A stretch of 64,000 bases of DNA from Eledone cirrhosa (Eukaryota). Shown piece by piece: positions 13,632 through 25,937 of the stretch. The translations under genes and the position numbers were made by a program. The stretch's first letter is position 1; each line of letters begins with the position of its first letter. Under the pieces are notes generated by a model. It was not told the origin of the DNA. It saw only the letters and a program-made list of their open reading frames with translations, and did not search any database. The DNA is taken from positions 172,422,001 through 172,486,000 of the forward strand of contig OZ024740.1 of the NCBI GenBank assembly GCA_964016885.1, written 5' to 3'.

Positions 13632-13684
<53 letters not shown>

Positions 13685-13693
13685 ATATATATG

Positions 13694-13776
<83 letters not shown>

Positions 13777-13782
<6 letters not shown>

Positions 13783-14332
13783 ATACTTTGGGAGAGTCAT
13801 GTTGCCAATAAGAAACACACGCACCAGTTGCTTTCACTCCAATTTATTAAATAGAAAACATGAATGGAATAGCAACATCACAGCTTACAATGAAGGACAA
13901 ACTGTAAACACACACACACATAGAACAAACAACCAACCAGTAACATGTAAATAAACAAATAAATAAACAAATAAAAACACACACAGACACCCGGATGTAA
14001 CACATGCGCAAACTAAGCACACAACACACACAAAAACAAGATGGCGTAGGACAGAACAAAGGAGAGGCACAAAACAAAGAAAAGAATCCCCAGTCACTGA
14101 AGAGGTCACAGAATGTGTGACGAAAGAACTTTGACAATATATGAACAACCGTCCGGTTGTGGAATCAACCAACCGGAAATTTATAAATTTATAAATTTAA
14201 TTTATAATAAATTGGAGTGAAAGCAATGGTGCGTGTGTTTCTTATTGGCAACATGACCCTCCCAAAGTATAACAATATCGGTTTCAACACACGTTTTCAG
14301 ATAAAGAATCTTGCGAAACAAATTCAGAAATG

Positions 14333-14335
<3 letters not shown>
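13777..14335 (+). mobile_element. Family A PLE 3' end/pLTR with inverted 5' piece
   Basis: Near-identical to 43605-44113; 13777-13849 is the inverted copy of 14204-14278; HHR gtca CTGAAGA(14097-103) g gtcac..gtgac GAAA gaac TT tgac. Confidence 0.9.
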
Positions 14336-14390
<55 letters not shown>

Positions 14391-14414
14391 TACACACACA
14401 CTGATGTGTGTGTA

Positions 14415-14459
<45 letters not shown>

Positions 14460-14465
<6 letters not shown>

Positions 14466-16060
14466 CATATACTATATTTAGGTCACTCGTCAATAGCATA
14501 GAGAGTTTTGCTCTATAGATAGTTTCTTTCAACTTGACATTTTGCCTGAAGATCAGCAGTTAGCATAATGCACCGAGTCACACCAAACCGGACCCCGTTA
14601 TTATCAGGAGCAAAGAATAAGAAGCGATAAGTCTGCGGTTGTAGCAAAGGTTGTGCGAAATTACAACCAGATTAAGTGTTGTGATGGGAGGAAGGGGAGG
14701 ATTTCATTGTTAGGAAAGTGCGTGCGTTTGTCACAAGGAGTCTTTCTGTCTGTATGTATTGTGTATATGAAGTTTGGGTGTAAGAGTGTGATAGAAAAAT
14801 GTTAGTAAAAAATGTGGGAGTAACTTTGTTTAAATATCTTTAATTTTCTGTTGAATTTTATCTCAATATGCACTTTTTCACACACGCACGCGCATTTGTA
14901 TCCATCTATCTATCATAGAGAGAGAGACAAAGAGAGAAATATAGAGAGATTTTACATATCTCTATGCTCACTCTGCATCTCCCCATGCATCGAGTATTCC
15001 CATCATTAGTGATATCATTGGTCTCAGCATACACACACACACAGTCTCTCTCTCTTTCTTTCTCTCTCTATCTATCTACCCCCTAGCCCCTCTCTCTCTC
15101 CATAATTTGTCTCAGTGTTGTTGCATTCTATGTGTAGATAGGATCTCTATTTCTATGTTATCTATTGAGCTCTCATGTTCTAGTTTTGGTATGTTGGTAT
15201 AGCACTGATGAGCTTGACTCCTTAAGTTCTCGCCAGTGATCCTTTAATATATCTCCTATACTATGGGCTGTCTCTCTTACGTATATTTCTGCATCGTCCC
15301 TCTGTACATCTTATCCTATAGACTACTTTTCTAATTTTACAGTTTATCTGTGGGCTTATCTTACTGACAGTTTCTATCAGTACAGAGGTTTTCCTAAAGG
15401 AGTATGTCCTACTGATCCGGGATTTATGGAAGCTCCTGGATTTTCTACTACTTTAATCCTAAGGTTCATTTTGTTTAAAGTTCTTCTAAAACGGTAGGTT
15501 AGTTTGCCTCTTGGTGTAGTGTCGACGAACATCACACTGGTATTTTGGCTGTCTTACCGTGAGTTGGCCCTCCTTATCTTTTTCTTAGTCCTGTCTATGC
15601 TATTCCATAATTTGCTCCTGTATGGTGGGCAAATCACATTCATGTCATTCTCCTAAATGGTTTTGAATTTAGCCATGGCTCCTTTGTACACCCTAATCCT
15701 GTCTCTGGTTATAACCATAGAACTGCATGCAGTAGATAAAGTGCTGTGTGTGTCTCTTCAATTCTGTTGTATCACACATGCGGGACACATTTCTCATCAC
15801 CCTTACCATGTCCGCTATCAAGATATTGAACTTAGCACTACCTGAGATAGCTGAGTTCCGGTGGATCAGGTACTTTGTGGCCAAGGGGTTGGTATAATGT
15901 GAATGGACGATTTTCGCTTTATCGTTGCTAGTTTCCAGCCAGAGTTCTGTGTTTAACAGTAATGTGTTCTGTGTTTAACAGTAATCTATGGTTGGGGAGT
16001 TTAGTGGTATGGTTTACTGTTACTTTAATGCTCTGGTGGATGGAGTTAGCTATTATTGAG
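14460..16060 (-). mobile_element. Degraded PLE (relative of family A): RT C-terminus, GIY-YIG and 3' region
   Basis: ORF 15693-15884 KYLIHRNSA..KFNILIADMVRVMRNVSRMC homologous to 42765-43004; YVRETAHSIGD..HW endonuclease remnant near 15230-15290. Confidence 0.85.
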
Positions 16061-16399
16061 AAGACCGTTGAACCCTCATACGTCGATATACGACGTGGGA
16101 GTCCTTCGTACATATGTCTAGTTATCGAAATTGATCTTAGGAGCTAGAGAAAAGCGAAAGCACGTGATGAAGAACACTACAACCCTCCTCCCGAATATAA
16201 AATGTAAGGGCCACTTTCCTCAACTCCACCCATTTCCATCGAAGTATATCATAAACTTGTCTATTTATTCGATAAACCAAACGCTCTATTCATTAATTAT
16301 GGCTGTGTATTCCGAAGAGGCACGTATCTATAATATAATTCGTAAGATTCTTATGTACAATCAGTGTAAAATAGTGTCTGAAGACTGGTCCTATCAATT

Positions 16400-16600
16400 A
16401 GGCGTGTGGTCTATCCGTTGGGCTTTCACACAGTTTCCGTCAACCAATATTCCCTCGAAAGGTTTTAGTCGACTCGAGGCCAAGCAGTGGAAGAGACCTT
16501 GGGTTCTTATGAACTTCTTTACATCTCGGCTACGTCTGTTGAGGACTGGAATTGTAACCAGCGAGAATCTGATAGTCAAGTCAATCCCCAAACCCCACGG
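16400..16600 (-). mobile_element. SINE family 2 copy
   Basis: Minus GGCCTCGAGTCGACTAAAACC..TTGGTTGACGGAAACTGTGTGAAAGCCC resembles 1960-2025. Confidence 0.55.
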
Positions 16601-16687
<87 letters not shown>

Positions 16688-16963
16688 GTGTGTGTGTGTA
16701 AGATGTAGGAAGTCCAGATGCAGACAGTAACCGCAATTAGAGCTAGTTGCTATAAAATAGCTTAAAGAATCGGGTAAAAACCCCCAAAGGACTGGAATAT
16801 GTTACCAGCCGCCGAAACGAAGAATCGAACTCCGTATCTCCCAGATATCGGTTATAATAATTGCAGTTATTTTCTGTGCTTGAGCTTCTCACATCTTATA
16901 AATATATTTCCTTGGCGCTTATTAAATACGAAGCTTCACAAATGATATACATATATATGTATG

Positions 16964-17689
<726 letters not shown>

Positions 17690-17716
17690 GTATGTATATA
17701 TATGTATGTATGTATG

Positions 17717-17753
<37 letters not shown>

Positions 17754-17802
17754 GTAAGAATATATATGTATATATATATTTATATATATGTGTGTGTGTA
17801 TG

Positions 17803-17842
<40 letters not shown>

Positions 17843-17844
<2 letters not shown>

Positions 17845-19122
17845 AAACAAGGAAGCATGGCCTAGAAGCAAAAGGCCTTAAAATTAACCTGTTTAAGACT
17901 AAAGTTCTAGTTTGTAGGAATGAAAATAGGGCACCGGTCCCATCTGGGAAATGGCCATGTTCAGTGTGTAGGAAAGGAGTAGGTAGAAACTCCATTTTAT
18001 GTCCCAAATGCAAAGTATGGGTGCATAAAAGATGTAGTGGGATCACAGGTAAACTAACTAAGAACATAGATTTTATATGTGGCCGGTGCTCAGGTGCAAT
18101 AAGTAGCAGCAAGTGCCCACGAAATACTAGCTCATTCCATTGCACATATGGTTCTATAGAAATAGTGGACAGCTTCCGTTACCTGGGTGACAAAATCAGC
18201 AGTGGGGGAGGGTGCTCTGAAAGTACAGTAGCTAGAGTTAGAACTGGATGGAAAAAGTTCAGAGAGCTTATACCACTGTTAGCCGCTAAAGGGTTCTCCC
18301 TAAAAATGAAAGGCAGGCTGTATGATGCCTGCATACGAACAGCAATGTTACATGTCAGTGAGACCTGGGCATTGTGTGCAGAGGATATACGCAGACTGGA
18401 GAGGAACGAAGCTTGCATGCTCCGCTGAATGTGTAATAGTAATATACGTGAACGGCAAAGCATAAACGAGCTAAGGGAAACATTAGAAATAAGAGGGATC
18501 AGATGTTGTTTACTCGAGAGAAGGCTACGTTGGTATGGTCACGTGATGCGCATGAAAGACGACAGCTGTATAAAAAAGTGCAGGGCAATAAAAATAGACG
18601 GTAGCCACGGAGTAGGCAGACCCAGAAAAACCTGGGACGACGTGATAAATTCCGACCTCACACACTTACACCTCTCCAAGACAATGTCACTGGGCCGAGA
18701 TATTTGGCGCTACACAGTAATACAGAAGACCCGTCTTACCTAAGTACAAAGTGAAACCTACTACAGTCAGTAGGCACCTCTAACAAAATACACCCCCGTC
18801 CCACTACCTCCACCCCATCCACACCACCCCTTTCAATGTAAAGTTATGTTGGTACCATAACATCCAGCCCGAAACAAATGAGGTCGTGTAGGTGTCACGA
18901 CAAAAAAACACACAGTCCACGCTGTAATGTGGCCATGTAGATAACACGATAAAAACCTCCCAGTCCACACTGTAAATGTGGTTGGTGTTAAGAAGGGCAT
19001 CCAGCCGTAGATAACCCGCCAGACAGTCCTATGCGAGCGAGACAACCACTCTTGCCTCAAGTGGGAAAACTCCCGTCCAAACCCATGCAAGCGTGGAAGA
19101 TGGACGTTAAACGATGATGATG

Positions 19123-19125
<3 letters not shown>
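17843..19125 (+). mobile_element. 5'-truncated RTE-group LINE with PHD-like Cys/His finger
   Basis: [69 protein letters not shown]; one TGA at 18426; 3' tail GGACGTTAAAC(GAT)n. Confidence 0.9.
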
Positions 19126-19177
<52 letters not shown>

Positions 19178-19180
<3 letters not shown>

Positions 19181-19332
19181 CGAAGAAAATGTGGTGTAAA
19201 GAACCAGGTGGACCCTAACGCACCAGAGTATTCGATACTTAGGGTAGTAGAGTGGGTAATAGGAAAAGAGTCAGGTTCTTACTGTCGAAACGGCCGGAGC
19301 TCAGCCGTCGGGGTCCTGACTCTTTTCCTATT

Positions 19333-19335
<3 letters not shown>
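19178..19335 (-). mobile_element. Family E small fold-back element carrying a hammerhead 3' half
   Basis: Inverted repeat GTAATAGGAAAAGAGTCAGG / CCTGACTCTTTTCCTATTAC; GAAA cggc..gccg TC gggg; homologous to 36390-36563. Confidence 0.6.
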
Positions 19336-19420
<85 letters not shown>

Positions 19421-19971
19421 GTGAACAAGACCGTTATTACTCCATCAAGTCTATTCACCTTCGTTAACTACCCTAAATATACATACTCTTACACTACACA
19501 TATACACACTATTACACTACACATATATACAATATATACATATATAGAACAAACACAAGCAATCATAGAATTCCCTATGTGTAAACAATGCAACAATAAA
19601 CAAAGTATCTAGTAGACAAGACCATTGGTTTCCAAACTCGTAAAAGTTTCGTTAGTAAAAACTGAGCCTATCATGAAATAATCATGTCTATATTAGAGCT
19701 AAGACACCCCTTCCCCAAATTCCTACCTCGGACATCATATTCTAACCCTTGACCCGCTGTAAAGTATGGGTGACACGCTCACACACGCACACCGCTATCT
19801 CGGTCTATTTTAAGCTACTTTAGATTTCCCAAGAAAAGCTACTTGTTCTGGGAATTCCCCAGATATGTTTAAAATGTTTCACGCATACACATATATGATT
19901 ACATACATACACACACACATACATACATATATACATACGTACATACGTACATACATACATGCATACATACA

Positions 19972-20576
19972 TGGTGGCTGCCAACTCGTTTTCGAGTACG
20001 GCCTCTACTTTATATCCATGTAGGAGAACTACCGACGCGCTGAACGAATGTAACTTTAGTCCAGCCAGCGACTTGAAAACTCTGGTACAAACACTACACC
20101 TGTGACAATTATTGACACATAGTGCTAGGCCCATGGTACGATGTGACGACATGTGCAGAGAGATCTCCAGATATAAAGCAATGCCTGTGTCGTGAAGCTT
20201 TTATAGTGAGCAAAGGCACTGCACAAAGCCAGTCCCACTCTCTTAATCAAGATGATATTTAGCAAAAAGAAGAACAAGTCAACATCATTGGATACCATCA
20301 GAGTTGCAGGTGTTATATCAGAGTTTTCCTTCTCCTAGAATTCTGCCTTGACAAAGGCTAAGGGGGTCATCTCTCCCAGTGATTTTTGATGGCCATTGAC
20401 TCTTAAGAGATCCTTTGCCTTTTGACAGGTTTTGTTTTTAGTCCTGCAGGATTTCCAAAGTCACCCTCCTAACCAAGAAACCTTGGTGGGGTTGCCAGTT
20501 TAGTCGCCAACGACCCGACCATGAGACAGGTTGTACTGGGATACATGTTACCAGTAGCACCAACTGGTGACCTGAC
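19972..20576 (-). mobile_element. Non-autonomous bipartite RTE-derived element, copy 1 (full, about 605 bp)
   Basis: RTE 5'UTR-like CTAGGAGAAGGAAAACTCTGAT plus 3' end encoding CSVCTRVFKSLAGLK and tail GCCGTACTCGAAAACGAGTTGGCAGCC-(ATGT)n. Confidence 0.8.
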
Positions 20577-20677
20577 ATACATACATACATACATACATAG
20601 ATACATACACACATACATACATACATACATACATACATACATACATACATACATACATACATACATACATACATACA

Positions 20678-21240
20678 TGGTAGCTGCCAACTCGTTTTCG
20701 AGTACGGCCCCTACTTTATATCCATGTAGGAGAACCCCTACTGATGCGCTGAACAAGTGTGACATTTTAGTCCAGCCAGCGACTTGAAAACTCTGGTACA
20801 AAAACTACACTTGTGACAATTATTGACACATAGTGCTGGGCCCATGGTACCATGTGACGACAAGTGCAGAGAGATCAGAGATCTCCAGATATAAAGCAAT
20901 GCCTGTGCCGTGAAGCTTTTATAGTGAGCAAAGGCACTGCACAAAGCCAGGCCCACTCTCTTAACCAAGATGATATTTACCAAAACGAAGAACAAGTCAA
21001 CATCATTGGATACCATCAGGGTTGCAGGTGTTATATCAGAGTTTGCCTTCTCCTAGAATTCTACCTTGACAAAGGCTAAGGGGTCATCTCTCCCGGTGAT
21101 TTTGGATGGCCATTGACTCTTAAGAGCTCCTTTGCCCTTTAACAGGTTTTGTTTTTAGTCCTGCAGGATGTCCAAAGTCACCCTCTTTGCCAGTTTAGTC
21201 GCCAACGACTCGACCATGAGACAGGTTGTACTGGGATACA
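20678..21240 (-). mobile_element. Bipartite RTE-derived element, copy 2
   Basis: Near-identical to copy 1, slightly 5'-truncated. Confidence 0.85.
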
Positions 21241-21247
21241 TACATAC

Positions 21248-21657
21248 ATGGTGGCTGCCAACTCGTTTTCGAGTACGGCCACTACTTTATATCCATGTAG
21301 GAGAACTCCTACCGATGCGCTGAACGAGTGTGACTTTTTAGTCCAGCCAGCGACTTGAAAACTTTGGTACTAACACTACACTTGTGATAATTATTGACAC
21401 ATAGTGCTGGACCCATGGTACCATGTGACGACAAGTGCAGAGAGATCTCCAGATATAAAGCAATGCCTGTGCCATGAAGCTTTTATAGTGAGCAAAGGCA
21501 CTGCACAAAGCCAGTCCCACTCTCTTAACCAAGATGATATTTACCAAAAAGAACAAGTCAACATCATTGGATACCATCAGGGTTGCAGGTGTTATATCAG
21601 AGTTTTCCTTCTCCTAGAATTCTGCCTTGACAAAGGCTAAGGGGTCATCTCTCCCGG
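21248..21657 (-). mobile_element. Bipartite RTE-derived element, copy 3 (5'-truncated)
   Basis: Near-identical to the 3' 410 bp of copy 1. Confidence 0.85.
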
Positions 21658-21661
21658 AATA

Positions 21662-21748
21662 CATACATACATAGATGATGGCTGCCCCCTCGTTATCGAG
21701 TATGGCCATTGCACGAGAAGAAAAAAAATAAATAAATAAATAAAATAA

Positions 21749-21817
<69 letters not shown>

Positions 21818-24082
21818 AAAAAAAATATATATATATACATACATACATACATATATACATACACACATACATACACATACACACACACATATACACACAC
21901 ACATACATTAATAACAATAATAATAATAATAATAATAATAATAGCAATAATAATAATAACGACAACAACAATAATAATATACATATACATATATATATAT
22001 ACACACACACGCACGCACATAAGCATATCTACACACACACACACACACACACGATAGCAACTAACAGTGCTGCGATCGAATGTGGCTTTTTAGCCCAGCC
22101 AATGATCTAAAATGTCTTGCACAGAGTCGGCAACCAAAACATTCACTGGGAATAGTCGGCTGTGGTTGGAGTTCGTGTACTTTTGCATGTCGCTTGAGCC
22201 CTCCTGCTGATTTACATTCTCTACCACATGTTTGGCAAGCATGATGAGTAGCATCTCCAACAACAGCCTGGTAGTCAACCACTGGTCTTACTTTATGATT
22301 GCGAAGATGACTTTCGAGTCCAGCTTTGCTTAGGCAGAGTCTCGCACAGACGCTGCATGTCAGCACCATAGGTGGACCCTCGCCGTCTGGAAGTGCAACA
22401 GCAATGCCCTTCCTCACATCCCGCTTTACTTTCTCGTGTGCGATTCGAGATGCCTCAAAGGCAACTTTTCCCTCATATACAGTCTTTCTCCATTTATTAC
22501 GATCAGCAGCAATATTTTCCCATGTATCAGCAGAGATGTTAGCGTCTTTCAGAGAGGCTTTCAAGGAATCCTTATACCTCTTTTTTGGTTTATGTGGCGG
22601 TCGTTTTCCTTTAACCAACTCTCCATAAAAGAGTTGTTTTGGTATTCTAGAATCCTTCATCCTGGCAAGGTGACCACTCCAACGGAGTCGTTGCTTAAAC
22701 ACAAGAGCTTCTATACTGTCACACATAGAGCTTTCCAAAATCTCGACATCACTGATGTGGTCCCTCCAGTGAACGCCATGGATCCGTCTGAGACACATCT
22801 GATGGAAACGCTCCAATTGCTTAAGGTGGTGTCGATATGTGACCCAGGTCTCGCAGGCATAAAGAAGACAAGAGAGTACACATGCCCTGTACACCCTTAC
22901 CTTTGTCCTCCTGCATATGTCTCGCCGACCCCAGAGTCGCCTTTCTAGCTTTCCGAAAGCATCACTTGCTTTCCTAATCCTAAGTGAGATTTCACTGTCA
23001 AGGTTGCCGTATCGATTGACAGTGCTTCCCAGGTAGACAAACTGATCAACCACTCCAAATCGTTTGCCATACACATAGATGTTTGGTTTAGTGTACTGCT
23101 TACTAGGGGCAGGTTGGTACATGACGACGGTTTTCTTGAGACTGACAGTCAAACCCAGGGCAGTGCAAGCGTCAGAAAATGCATTCAAAATGTGCTGCAT
23201 ATCACTCTCTGTGTGCGCTACAAGATCGCAATCATCTGCATACAAGAGGTCTCTTATGATTGATGTAAATACTTTTGCCTTCGCAGCAAAGCGCCTGATG
23301 TTAAATATGCTGCCTGAGGTTCGATATCGGATGTAAACACCATGCTCGCAATTCCTGAATGCAATACAGAAAACCATTGCAAAGTATATGGCAAACAGGG
23401 TCGGCGCTGGAATATCCCCCTGTTTCACTTCATTTTTTACTGAGATAGGCTCCGACATGTTACCTCCGACATTAACCCAAGCCTTCATGTCGTCATGGAA
23501 AGACCTAACTACAGCAAGGAACTTATCAGGGCAACCAAGTTTCTGGAGAACCTTCCATAATGCATCTCTGTTGACAGTGTCGAAAGCCTTTGTCAGATCG
23601 ACAAAAACCTGATACAGATCCAAGCCTTGTTCAATGCACTTCTCCTGGAGCTGTCTAGCTGAGAAGATCATATCAGTAGTGCCACGTCCAGCACGAAAAC
23701 CAGATTGACTTTCAGGAAGAACACAATCTGCAATGTGTGTCAGCAGACGGTTCAGAAGCACCCTACATAAAACTTTCCCTACGACAGAAAGCAATGATAT
23801 ACCTCTGTAGTTCCCACAATCATTCCTGTTACCCTTTCCCTTGTACAAGACCACCATTACTGCATCTCTCCAGTCCTCAGGTACGGATTCATTAGCCCAT
23901 ATCCTTCCAAACAAAGAGTGAAGATGTTGCAGGAGTCTCTCACCACCATATTGTAGGAGCTCAGCATGTATGCCATCCGTACCTGGAGATCTTCCACTGT
24001 TCAGCTTCGAAATAGCCACTGCAACCTCCACAAGCGTCGGAGGTTCTGCGAGAGCTACTTTCACAGGACTTTCTGGAATGAG
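21662..24082 (-). mobile_element. 5'-truncated RTE (BovB-like) LINE; 3' UTR split by microsatellites 21720-22052
   Basis: Uninterrupted RT ORF; 3' tail GGCCATACTCGATAACGAGGGGGCAGCC..(ATGT)n at 21662-21720. Confidence 0.9.
22061..24082 (-). CDS. RTE reverse transcriptase with three C-terminal C2H2 zinc fingers
   Basis: GNYRGISLL, PESQSGFR, FVDLTKAFD, VKQGD, LLYADD, FVYLGS, RLRWSGHLARM; CxxC..HxxxH three times; the N-terminal MYVC run is (CATA)n, not coding. Confidence 0.92.
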   Translation of the reverse strand, partial: LIPESPVKVALAEPPTLVEVAVAISKLNSGRSPGTDGIHAELLQYGGERLLQHLHSLFGRIWANESVPEDWRDAVMVVLYKGKGNRNDCGNYRGISLLSVVGKVLCRVLLNRLLTHIADCVLPESQSGFRAGRGTTDMIFSARQLQEKCIEQGLDLYQVFVDLTKAFDTVNRDALWKVLQKLGCPDKFLAVVRSFHDDMKAWVNVGGNMSEPISVKNEVKQGDIPAPTLFAIYFAMVFCIAFRNCEHGVYIRYRTSGSIFNIRRFAAKAKVFTSIIRDLLYADDCDLVAHTESDMQHILNAFSDACTALGLTVSLKKTVVMYQPAPSKQYTKPNIYVYGKRFGVVDQFVYLGSTVNRYGNLDSEISLRIRKASDAFGKLERRLWGRRDICRRTKVRVYRACVLSCLLYACETWVTYRHHLKQLERFHQMCLRRIHGVHWRDHISDVEILESSMCDSIEALVFKQRLRWSGHLARMKDSRIPKQLFYGELVKGKRPPHKPKKRYKDSLKASLKDANISADTWENIAADRNKWRKTVYEGKVAFEASRIAHEKVKRDVRKGIAVALPDGEGPPMVLTCSVCARLCLSKAGLESHLRNHKVRPVVDYQAVVGDATHHACQTCGRECKSAGGLKRHAKVHELQPQPTIPSECFGCRLCARHFRSLAGLKSHIRSQHC

Positions 24083-24166
24083 ATACATACAAACATACAT
24101 ACATACATACATGCATACATACATACATACATACATACATACATACATACATACATACATACATAC

Positions 24167-25198
24167 AGAGGAAAAAGGTTGGCGACCATCTTGCTCAGGT
24201 TTATGAGCATGAAAAAAGAAATATCATTAGAATAGCGACTGATCTGGAGGAGAGATATGGAATAAAGCCTGATATAAATCTCTCATCCAGAGAAATCGGA
24301 AGATCCTATTCAATGTTCAAACAAGAAAAAAAAATTGACCAATTTACAGAGAAAGTTGTGCATGGATACTTGAGGCGTAAAACACAGACCATAGAGGGGA
24401 TAAACCACTCAAAAAGCCTGGCATGGAGTTCCGACAAGTTTATGACATCACACCTTGAGGGATATCTCTATGCAATACAGGAACAAGAACTCCCTACCAA
24501 ATATCTGCTGCACAAAAGAGGAGGGCCAGCAGCTGAAAAATAAATGTAGGCTATGTAAAACAAAGATCGAGGATGTAAGCCACATTGTTGCCAGCTGCGA
24601 AAGAATGTCATCTCGCTACTACCTCCCCATGAGACACGATGGAATAGCTAGAACTATCTGGAACGCACTTCGGAAAACAAAATTAACAACAAACGAGGAA
24701 GAATATATTGAGACAGATGGCACTAAGGAATACTGGTGGAACCTGAAAATAAAAACTGCCACCAAATTAAAGCACAACCGGCCTGATATTGTAGTTTGGG
24801 AGCACACATTGAAAACGTGTTCTGTTGTGGAGATCAGCTGCCCACTTGATGTAAACGTTGTCAGAAAAATACAGGAGAAGGAGGACATCTACGGACCATT
24901 GATGAGGAGCTTACAAATCCAGTATCCAAGATACACCTTTAGCTTCATACCCATCATTATTGGTGCTACGGGTTATATACCAACCCGCTTGGACCAAACT
25001 AGGACTGAACTTGGATTTGCGGACAAAAAGCGCAGCTCCCTAATTCATAGTCTACAAATGGCTGCGATAGCTGGCACCTTCAAAATATGCAAAACATTCT
25101 TGCGATTCAAGGGATGACAATTTCTTTTCTTTTACAACCTTGCCACCAGGAAGGTGGCCGGTCAAAAAAATATACTCGAAATTAAGAGAAAGAGAAAA
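24167..25198 (+). mobile_element. 3' part of R4/Dong-like non-LTR element with restriction-like endonuclease
   Basis: HGYL, EGYLYAIQEQEL, CRLC..EDVSHIVASC, RHD, HNRPDIVV, EISCP, EK..Y, PIIIGATG; one frameshift; (CATA)n on both sides. Confidence 0.88.
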
Positions 25199-25327
25199 CA
25201 TACATACATACATACAAGCATGCATGCATACATACATACATACATGCGTGCATGCATACATACATACAAACATGCATGCATACATACATACATACATACA
25301 TACATACATACATACATACATGCATAC

Positions 25328-25937
25328 ATGGTGGCTGCCAACTCGTTTTCTAGTGCAGCCACTACTTTATATCCATGTAGGAGAACCCCTACCGATACGC
25401 TGAACGAGTGTGACGTTTTAGTCCAGCCAGCGACTTGAAAACTCTGCTACAAACACTACACTTGTGACAATTATTGACACATAGTGCTGGGCTCATGTAA
25501 CCATATGACGACAAGTGTAGAGAGATCTCCAGATATAAAGCAATGCCTGTGCCGTGAAGCTTTTATAGTGAGCAAAGGCACTGCACAAAGCCAGTCCCAC
25601 TCTCTTAACCAAGATGATATTTACCAAAAAGAAGAACAAGTCAACATCATTGGATACCATCAGGGTTGAAGGTGTTATATCAGAGTTTTCCTTCTCCTAG
25701 AATTCTGCCTTGACAAAGGCTAAGGGGTCATCTCTCCCAGTGATTTTGGATGGCCGTTGACTCTTAAGAGCTCCTTTGCCCTTTGACAGGTTTTGTTTTT
25801 AGTCCTGCAGGATGTCCAAAGTTACCCTCCTCACCAAGAAACCTTGGTGGGGTTGCCAGTTTAGTCGCCAACGACACGACCATGAGACAGGTTGTACTGG
25901 GATACATGTTACCAGTAGCACCAACTGGTGACCTGAC
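25328..25937 (-). mobile_element. Bipartite RTE-derived element, copy 4 (full)
   Basis: Near-identical to copy 1 with the same 5' end GTCAGGTCACCAG, flanked by (CATA)n. Confidence 0.85.

Noticed and set aside
18426-18428. In-frame TGA in the RTE ORF as possible recoding
   Set aside because: Falls at the conserved Trp of MLRWMC; simple TGG to TGA mutation
19615-19665. Degenerate hammerhead-like motifs here (minus), at 14510-14565 (minus) and at 47694-47750
   Set aside because: Core substitutions and weak stem I; compatible with decayed HHRs but not supportable individually
19972-21657. Regularly repeated units as a CRISPR-like array
   Set aside because: Units are 400-600-bp retroelement copies separated by microsatellite, not short repeats with unique spacers
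25850-25937. HDV-like ribozyme at the 5' end of the bipartite RTE element
   Set aside because: Partial pairings and a CTAA motif exist, but a consistent P1/P1.1/P2/P3 topology could not be drawn
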